Source of the DNA: Candidatus Thorarchaeota archaeon
GTDB lineage: Archaea > Asgardarchaeota > Thorarchaeia > Thorarchaeales > Thorarchaeaceae
DNA: 63,368 nt
Assembly (NCBI GenBank): GCA_048884785.1
Contig: JBHLQM010000007.1
Span: 9,567-72,934, forward strand
Direction of reading: 5' to 3'
The notes beneath the pieces are model-generated. The model had not been told where the DNA came from and did not search any database. It saw nothing but the letters and a program-made list of their open reading frames with translations. Position numbers and translations under genes: made by a program. How positions within the stretch are numbered: the first letter of the stretch is position 1; each line of letters begins with the position of its first letter. Positions 57,238 through 63,368 of this stretch are shown one piece after another.

Positions 57238-57331
57238 TTGGGGACCTGGTACCAACATTGGCGTGTTTATTGGTTACAGCAGAGTTGGACAAGCGGTCAG
57301 TTGGAAAGGCACTTAACAACTCGTTGCTTCC

Positions 57332-58132
57332 ATGATTATGACAAAAATGAAATCAACCAGAGAAATTCTTCAGGACTTACATGAAGGCAAGATATCAGTC
57401 GAAGAGGCCGAATCCAAACTTCGAATTCTTGCATTGGCTGATGTGGGAGGGATTGGCCAGCTGGATTTGAATAGGCAGGATCGAAGTGGGGTTCCTGAAG
57501 TAGTTCTTGCTGAAACGAAGAACACAGAAACTCTTTCAAAGATAGTTGGCACTCTTGTACAAGAGAGAGATGTTGCGCTGCTAACCAGAGTTAGCTCTGA
57601 TAAGCTATCCATTCTAAGGCAAGAATTCGGGGACTATGTGTTTGATGTTACAGGATATGATAACCACCTAACCGTTCTCGTACACAAGAAAGGGTGGAAT
57701 AGTCCTCCCCATGAGGGAAAAATTGCTATAATGACGGCTGGTACTTCCGATATTGCCTTTGCGGCTGAGGCAGAGGCAATTGCCCTGATAATGGGTGTGA
57801 AAGCAATATCATTCTATGATGTTGGTGTTGCAGGTATGCACCGACTCATTGAACCGGTAAAGAAGATTCTAGAAGAAGATGTTAGTGCATTAGTTGTTTT
57901 CGCTGGAATGGAGGGTGCACTGCCAACATTGCTAGCTTCTCTGGTCAATATTCCAGTGATCGGTGTTCCGGTTCCAACAGGCTATGGTCATGGAGGAAAT
58001 GGAGAAACTGCTCTCTCTTCTATGCTTCAGTCTTGTGCACCTGGGCTAGCTGTTGTTAATATTGGCAATGGACTGGGAGCTGGAGCTATTGCATGCCTTA
58101 TAGCCAAGCAGTGTGCGAGAAAGTCCAATTAG
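57332..58132 (+). CDS. larB: Nickel-pincer cofactor biosynthesis protein LarB
   Basis: RSGVPEVV, AGTSD, DVGVAG.HRL, AGMEGALP, GYG, MLQSCAPG..VVNIGNG. Confidence 0.93.
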   Translation: MIMTKMKSTREILQDLHEGKISVEEAESKLRILALADVGGIGQLDLNRQDRSGVPEVVLAETKNTETLSKIVGTLVQERDVALLTRVSSDKLSILRQEFGDYVFDVTGYDNHLTVLVHKKGWNSPPHEGKIAIMTAGTSDIAFAAEAEAIALIMGVKAISFYDVGVAGMHRLIEPVKKILEEDVSALVVFAGMEGALPTLLASLVNIPVIGVPVPTGYGHGGNGETALSSMLQSCAPGLAVVNIGNGLGAGAIACLIAKQCARKSN

Positions 58133-58183
58133 GCCAGCCTGAGAGAAGATTATTAGGCCAGTTAATTTGCGTTTTCCATTGAG

Positions 58184-59386
58184 ATGAGCCCAGACACAGA
58201 TGTTGTTATTATTGGAGCAGGACCAGCTGGTCTTACAGCGGCCAAGGAATTGGCAAATAATGATGTAGATTTTACCCTGCTGTCGAGAGAAAACAGCCCA
58301 TGTGAACGCAAAGTATGTGGCGGCTTTGTCCCAATTCGTGCACTCAGGGAATTCGAACTTCAAGGTATCCCTGAGTCTTTTAATATACGGTCCATACGAC
58401 TGAAATTCCCTGGCTATCCACGCGTTCAGGTTGATTTTGACGACTCCGTTGGCATCAACGTGACTAGGAAAGCTTTGGGACTGGCAATGCTGAAGAGAAT
58501 TCCAGGCTACAAAGATAGAATTCGTATGAACTCAAATGCCAATTGGATCAGTATTAACAGGGAAAATGCTTCGATCAAGTTTACATCGAAATCGGGGAAT
58601 GAGGAGATCATTAATTCCCGAATTATAATTGATGCAAGCGGTGTAAATTCGCTTTCCATCCGTACTGGGCTCATCCGAAACCGTATTCCGAATACGCAGA
58701 TGGGCTATGCAGTTCAATACCAATTGAGAAGAAATGAAGGCGTTGGTAATCCAACAGCAGCGAATGACTTCTATTATGGTCACGAGTATTCCCCCGGCGG
58801 ATACGCATGGCACTTCCCAAGAAGAACTGAGGCGGTTGTGGGAACAGGTGGGATTATCCAGAGAATTCATTCTGATAACAAGCGAGTCATTCAATATCTT
58901 GACCAATTTATGGGAATTCAGGATATTCAATCGCAGTTGGAGAATTCTACAGTAATTAAGAGAGAGGCGGCGCTGATGCCGCTTTCTGGCATTGTAACTC
59001 CATCATATGCAAGGAGGGTTCTATTGGCAGGTGATGCATCTAGTCATTGTTCCCCCATCTCAGGTGAAGGCATTCACTATTCAATGATAGCCGGGCATAT
59101 CGCAGCGAACATTGCCAATGATTCGCTTGCCAAGAATGATGTATCAGAGAAATACCTATCCAGATATGAGAGGCTGTGGATGAAAGCATTTGGCTCTGAC
59201 TTGAAATGGGGTGCATGGCTTCAGCATAGATTGACAGAGGGTGGCTCCTCGAGTCTAGGTTCAAAATTCTTGACATCGACAGTCAATCAACGAATTATAG
59301 CAGAGATGTTAGTTGGTGAAAGATCCGTGAAAGGGGCGATACTTCGAGTTGCACCGAGTTATCTGAAATCAAAGATGCATTTGTAA
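58184..59386 (+). CDS. Geranylgeranyl reductase family flavoprotein
   Basis: GAGPAG, KVCGG, DASG, GGYAWHFP, GDA...PISGEGI. Confidence 0.88.
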   Translation: MSPDTDVVIIGAGPAGLTAAKELANNDVDFTLLSRENSPCERKVCGGFVPIRALREFELQGIPESFNIRSIRLKFPGYPRVQVDFDDSVGINVTRKALGLAMLKRIPGYKDRIRMNSNANWISINRENASIKFTSKSGNEEIINSRIIIDASGVNSLSIRTGLIRNRIPNTQMGYAVQYQLRRNEGVGNPTAANDFYYGHEYSPGGYAWHFPRRTEAVVGTGGIIQRIHSDNKRVIQYLDQFMGIQDIQSQLENSTVIKREAALMPLSGIVTPSYARRVLLAGDASSHCSPISGEGIHYSMIAGHIAANIANDSLAKNDVSEKYLSRYERLWMKAFGSDLKWGAWLQHRLTEGGSSSLGSKFLTSTVNQRIIAEMLVGERSVKGAILRVAPSYLKSKMHL

Positions 59387-59430
59387 CGCGGACTGAATCG
59401 TCACTTATCCATAAACATCATGCGAAGGTT

Positions 59431-59520
59431 TATATTGTAAATATCGCATGCATTTGTTAATATATTGCGAATATTACAATATGTTCCCACTATATTGCAT
59501 GTATCGCAATATTGCCTGAT
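59431..59520. repeat. Three 30-bp-periodic imperfect palindromes
   Basis: Units at 59431, 59461 and 59491; consensus ATATTGC-N7-GCAATAT, perfect in the third copy. Confidence 0.65.
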
Positions 59521-59547
59521 TGAAAGAACCAGCAATTGGTGTGAAAC

Positions 59548-59871
59548 ATGAACAACTCCTCTGTGAATTGTATTGGATTTGGCTCAAGGAATGATTTGGG
59601 ACCTTCATTCTGCGGCCTATTATTGCAGTTCGCATTATGTAGGATTCAAAGGTGTTTCATACAATTGCTCCAGCCCAACATCAAACCAGGTTTTGCGTTG
59701 ATTCATCCTCAATCTCTCAATGAACAGCCGTGGAATAACCGCAGATGGCTGGACTATCGAAGGAATATTCGGCGTGACAGTCAAACTGTCAAGAGGGTGT
59801 GCCTATCACAAAAGAACTCCAAAATCAGTGCTGCCAATGGGACCGAGCACAAATCTATATTCAATCCCTAA
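59548..59871 (+). CDS. Hypothetical protein (uncertain)
   Basis: 107 aa ORF with GGTGTGA RBS-like sequence, directly downstream of the repeat array; no recognisable motif. Confidence 0.35.
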   Translation: MNNSSVNCIGFGSRNDLGPSFCGLLLQFALCRIQRCFIQLLQPNIKPGFALIHPQSLNEQPWNNRRWLDYRRNIRRDSQTVKRVCLSQKNSKISAANGTEHKSIFNP

Positions 59872-59905
59872 TGTTCGTGATCGGCACATCCTGATTCCCT
59901 ATAGA

Positions 59906-61285
59906 TTAAATATCATCAGGCCAATCCTGTTCCGGCCATGTTTCTTTCCCCAGTCGGATAGCGGCATGTTTTACACCCGCATTAGTATCATCAAGAGCAA
60001 GCTGTATGATGTTGATCGCCAACTCCCATCCAAGATTTGGAAGAAGTGATACAATCTCATAACGTACATGCGCGTCGGAATCTTTCATCATTTCAAATAG
60101 AAGCTGCTCAGCTTCGGGTGTTCTTATGAAAGCCAATGCTTTTGCTGCATCAATTCGAGCATTTCTGTCTCTTGATTGCGATATCTTCTCTAAGACTTGA
60201 ATTGACTTCTTGGTAGATTTCACATCCTTCTTGCCTGGTAGTGTAGAAACCAATTCAGGTATAGCAGTCTTGGAAAAATCACGAGAAATAAGTAATGACA
60301 GTGCTTGTGCAATCTTGGGTCGTATTTTTGAATCACATTTGGCTAGTAGGCTCGAAAGAACAGCTTCCTCTTCGGCACCCCCCCATTTAGCGGCAATATC
60401 AAGTGCTACAACCTGCTCCCTTATCTCACCATGACCAAGGATATCCCTTAGCTTCCTATTACATGCGACTGTTTCAAATGCTCTAATTCTTTCGAGAGCT
60501 TGAATCCTGTATCGTATTTCAGGAGAATCAAGCATTAGATTGGCATCGGTGCATGCCTTCAATGAAAGCAATTCTATGCTAGGGGTTGCCTGAGAAAAGC
60601 CGCTCTCACGCCTGGATGCTGCACTCCACTGATATTCATCAAGCTCATTCAGCATGTCAGTAGTATTGTAGCCAAGAGCCTGAAGGGAATCTGCAAGCTC
60701 CTTCCAAACAGAATCACCCACAATTCGACTACTAGGGTCTCTTCCTGCTACTGTCAGGAGACGCCTTCCATATGCCGTTGACCAGAGCGGGGCAATGTCG
60801 TATCGTACCCTGGTGCTATTGGCAACTCTTGCTCTTGAAAAATCAACACGAACAGTTTGTAGCTCTCTGACTCTTTCTGAAAGAATATCTGGAATCAGGG
60901 GTGCATATCTCGTGCTGCCAAGAACATCTATCTCAATGAGATGTTCTTTCACAACTGGATTCCTATTCTCCACTAGATCTGTAACATATTGTGAAATGTA
61001 TAGCCAAGGGTCTCTCGAATCAGGGTGTGCAGCGAGATTCCTTAGAAGCTCATAGCTTGGAGTCAGCAATGCAAAATAGAAAGGCTCCAAATCGAGAAAT
61101 CGAAAGACATGGTCTCGCAGTTTTAGAGTATTATCCGCCTCGTATTCTATCTGAGCCTGGATTTTCTCAGAAATCTCCTCAAGCGTATTTGCCGAATAGC
61201 TATCAAACAGTATACGTGTACTAGTTTGAAAATCGGCTGACTGAACAGACTCCGTGAACGAGCTCCAGGTCATTGATAAGTTCAC
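59906..61285 (-). CDS. HEAT-repeat protein with uncharacterised N-terminal domain
   Basis: ARIDAAKAL, DSDAHVRYEIV, DDTNAGVKHAA repeats. Confidence 0.85.
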   Translation of the reverse strand: MNLSMTWSSFTESVQSADFQTSTRILFDSYSANTLEEISEKIQAQIEYEADNTLKLRDHVFRFLDLEPFYFALLTPSYELLRNLAAHPDSRDPWLYISQYVTDLVENRNPVVKEHLIEIDVLGSTRYAPLIPDILSERVRELQTVRVDFSRARVANSTRVRYDIAPLWSTAYGRRLLTVAGRDPSSRIVGDSVWKELADSLQALGYNTTDMLNELDEYQWSAASRRESGFSQATPSIELLSLKACTDANLMLDSPEIRYRIQALERIRAFETVACNRKLRDILGHGEIREQVVALDIAAKWGGAEEEAVLSSLLAKCDSKIRPKIAQALSLLISRDFSKTAIPELVSTLPGKKDVKSTKKSIQVLEKISQSRDRNARIDAAKALAFIRTPEAEQLLFEMMKDSDAHVRYEIVSLLPNLGWELAINIIQLALDDTNAGVKHAAIRLGKETWPEQDWPDDI

Positions 61286-61374
61286 AATCCCACAAAATCA
61301 TGACTGAAGGATGCGTGATCCTAGCATCATAATGTATGATTGCGAACTTAAAGACACATTGTAGACGGCTGAAT

Positions 61375-61650
61375 TCAGGAACCGGCAGGTCCGCCACGCA
61401 TCTTGTGCACAATGAAGCACTTTTGCCTGTAACCTTGCTCTTCTAGTTCGTTGATGAAGGTTTCCAGTTGCTTAACGCGTGTGAATTCCTCTTGTATGCC
61501 GAGGTCTCTGACAGTAAGAAATGCCTTCTTGGCATCAATCCTTACATACATACCTCCAAGGCCTACATTATGTTTCATGTATACAGGATCATCTTGATTC
61601 TTGACCCTGTAAAATCCTTGTCTCCGAAGCATTCTTGTGAACATCATCAT
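61375..61650 (-). CDS. Small hypothetical protein
   Basis: MMMFTRMLRRQGFY..., with GGGAGG RBS and TTTATATA upstream on the minus strand. Confidence 0.7.
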   Translation of the reverse strand: MMMFTRMLRRQGFYRVKNQDDPVYMKHNVGLGGMYVRIDAKKAFLTVRDLGIQEEFTRVKQLETFINELEEQGYRQKCFIVHKMRGGPAGS

Positions 61651-62052
61651 TTGTGTCAAGCCCTCCCGGCGGCTAAGACAAAGACAGTACACGTTATCTT
61701 ATATATAAACCATTAGGGTATTATATCGTAAACGTGTTGTTTCGATAGGAAGCTGCCGGTAGAACAATAGCTTCGCAAAACAATCCACATATTTACTATT
61801 TGTTCACTTAACGTGCTATATATTGCACAAAAACGCATATGTTTTATATCACTAAGCTTCCATCAAAAAATCATCAGCTATTTCGCGCCAAAACGTGTAC
61901 TTTTTGATTTGAGTTCGGCGCGGAATTCGTCTCATACGTGTACTTGGATGAAGAGAATACATTTACGCTCTGTAACATGTCTGAGACCCATTTTACGACC
62001 AAAATGACTCAATAACTAAAGGATAAATAGCAGTTCCAGGGAGGTTTGAAGC

Positions 62053-62382
62053 ATGAGAGACCTGCAGATAGAAGACCTGGTAGTTGGAACAGGACAGACA
62101 CCACGTCAAGGACAGACCGTTGTGGTTCATTATACAGGGTGGCTGACAAACGGGGAGAAGTTTGACAGCTCTCTCGACCGAGATGAACCATTTGAATTCC
62201 AAATTGGCGTTGGTCAGGTGATTGAGGGCTGGGATAGGGGAGTTATCACAATGAAGGTAGGTGGCAAGAGAAGACTGACTATCCCACCTGCGATGGCATA
62301 CGGAGAAAGAGATGTTGGAGATGGACTCATTCCAGCGAACTCAACACTAGTCTTTGAAGTTGAATTACTTGACCTAAAATGA
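62053..62382 (+). CDS. FKBP-type peptidyl-prolyl isomerase
   Basis: VHYTGWL, FDSS.DR, GQVIEGW, IPP.MAYG, IPANSTLVFEVELL; strong GGAGG RBS. Confidence 0.97.
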   Translation: MRDLQIEDLVVGTGQTPRQGQTVVVHYTGWLTNGEKFDSSLDRDEPFEFQIGVGQVIEGWDRGVITMKVGGKRRLTIPPAMAYGERDVGDGLIPANSTLVFEVELLDLK

Positions 62383-62403
62383 ACATGATCATTTGGAGGT
62401 GTT

Positions 62404-63368
62404 TTGACCCTGAGGTATGATACATTTGCACTGACTGCAGTCTTCTGCATCGCATTGATGATTGCTCCTTTATCACAATGTAGCTATTATGTGCTCCATC
62501 CAGCAAAATCTCAAACTCAAGGCAGCATGCAGCCGCTTACAGAACCTCTATCCGTTTCTGATGCAGCTTTTGTATACGATTCTGAATCTGATAGAGCCAT
62601 ACTTTATGGGGGATGGCATTCAACTGCCAATGCAGTTCCTGCCTATTATAATGAAACATGGTCCTTTGATTTCGATACAAATTCATGGGAGAATCTGAAT
62701 CTAAGTATTAATCCGGGTCTTAGATCTGGTCACAGCTCCGCATATGACTCAGATGCAGATATGATGCTGATCTATGGAGGTGCACTATCACAAGATCCAG
62801 ATGGGTCAGGTTTTCAATACATGGATGATACATGGGGTTTCGACTATAACTCAAATATGTGGACAAATCTCTCACCTTCAATAAATCCCGGGGTGAGATA
62901 TGGTGCTGCGATGGCTTTTGATTCAGAATCCAATGTCATTATTTTGTTTGGAGGTATTAACTACCCTGCTCTTTTTGGACACCATATTCAGCAGACCTGG
63001 GTATATCACTTTGATACCAATAATTGGACGAACATGGACCCAGACCAACAACCTGTTGGTCGACACAAGCAAGGCATGGTCTATGACAGCGAATCAGACC
63101 GTATCATCATGTTTGGAGGATTTGTTTCAAGTGCTGAAGACCAAATGAGTGATGAAACATGGACCTATGATTACAATTCCAATACTTGGACAGAAATCGT
63201 TCCTACCACATCTCCCGCAGGTAGATTTGGGTGTAGCATGGCATACGATAGTCAAAACGATCGTACGATTCTATATGGAGGTGCATATGACTACGCCAAC
63301 TATAGTGAACTGCATGACACATGGTCTTTCAATTTGAATACAGATACATGGACTAGAATGACCGGAGA
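62404..63368 (+). CDS. Secreted kelch-repeat protein (partial, runs off the window)
   Basis: Not in the ORF track. GGAGGT RBS and TTG at 62404; open frame MTLRYDTFALTAVFCIALMIAP... with kelch repeats (YDSESDRAILYGG...ETWSFD) up to the window end. Confidence 0.88.
   Translation, partial: MTLRYDTFALTAVFCIALMIAPLSQCSYYVLHPAKSQTQGSMQPLTEPLSVSDAAFVYDSESDRAILYGGWHSTANAVPAYYNETWSFDFDTNSWENLNLSINPGLRSGHSSAYDSDADMMLIYGGALSQDPDGSGFQYMDDTWGFDYNSNMWTNLSPSINPGVRYGAAMAFDSESNVIILFGGINYPALFGHHIQQTWVYHFDTNNWTNMDPDQQPVGRHKQGMVYDSESDRIIMFGGFVSSAEDQMSDETWTYDYNSNTWTEIVPTTSPAGRFGCSMAYDSQNDRTILYGGAYDYANYSELHDTWSFNLNTDTWTRMTG

Noticed and set aside
59431-59520. Possible mini CRISPR array
   Set aside because: Repeats are degenerate, the variable part is only about 8 nt, and there are no cas genes; an operator array fits better.

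Overview
Gene-dense archaeal chromosome segment, most likely from an Asgard archaeon (Thorarchaeia-like). This is inferred from a probable profilin, two tandem Rab-like small GTPases, many TPR/HEAT/kelch proteins, two geranylgeranyl reductases, TATA-type promoters and frequent GTG/TTG starts. Recognisable metabolic loci are lipS2-lplA-lplB (lipoylation), pstSCAB-phoU divergent from a Na/Pi symporter, 4-hydroxybutyryl-CoA dehydratase, bacterial-type PfkA, CorA, Pcp, LarB, an agmatinase-family enzyme and an FKBP. The best candidate for an undescribed system is a ~6 kb kinase-free signalling cluster (45.3-51.1 kb) with three KaiC/RAD55/GvpD-type ATPase-fold proteins, three stand-alone receiver domains and a TPR protein. 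It is flanked by a Phr-like regulator with a perfect operator and a micro-ORF, and by a very AT-rich 0.87 kb upstream region. Other points of interest: a Rab-like gene that apparently must start at CTG, a structured U-tailed RNA-like element at 52.85 kb, a 30-bp-periodic triple operator, and two HEAT proteins sharing an unrecognised domain. No rRNA, tRNA, CRISPR array or transposase was seen. All calls come from reading motifs by eye; no database searches were run.
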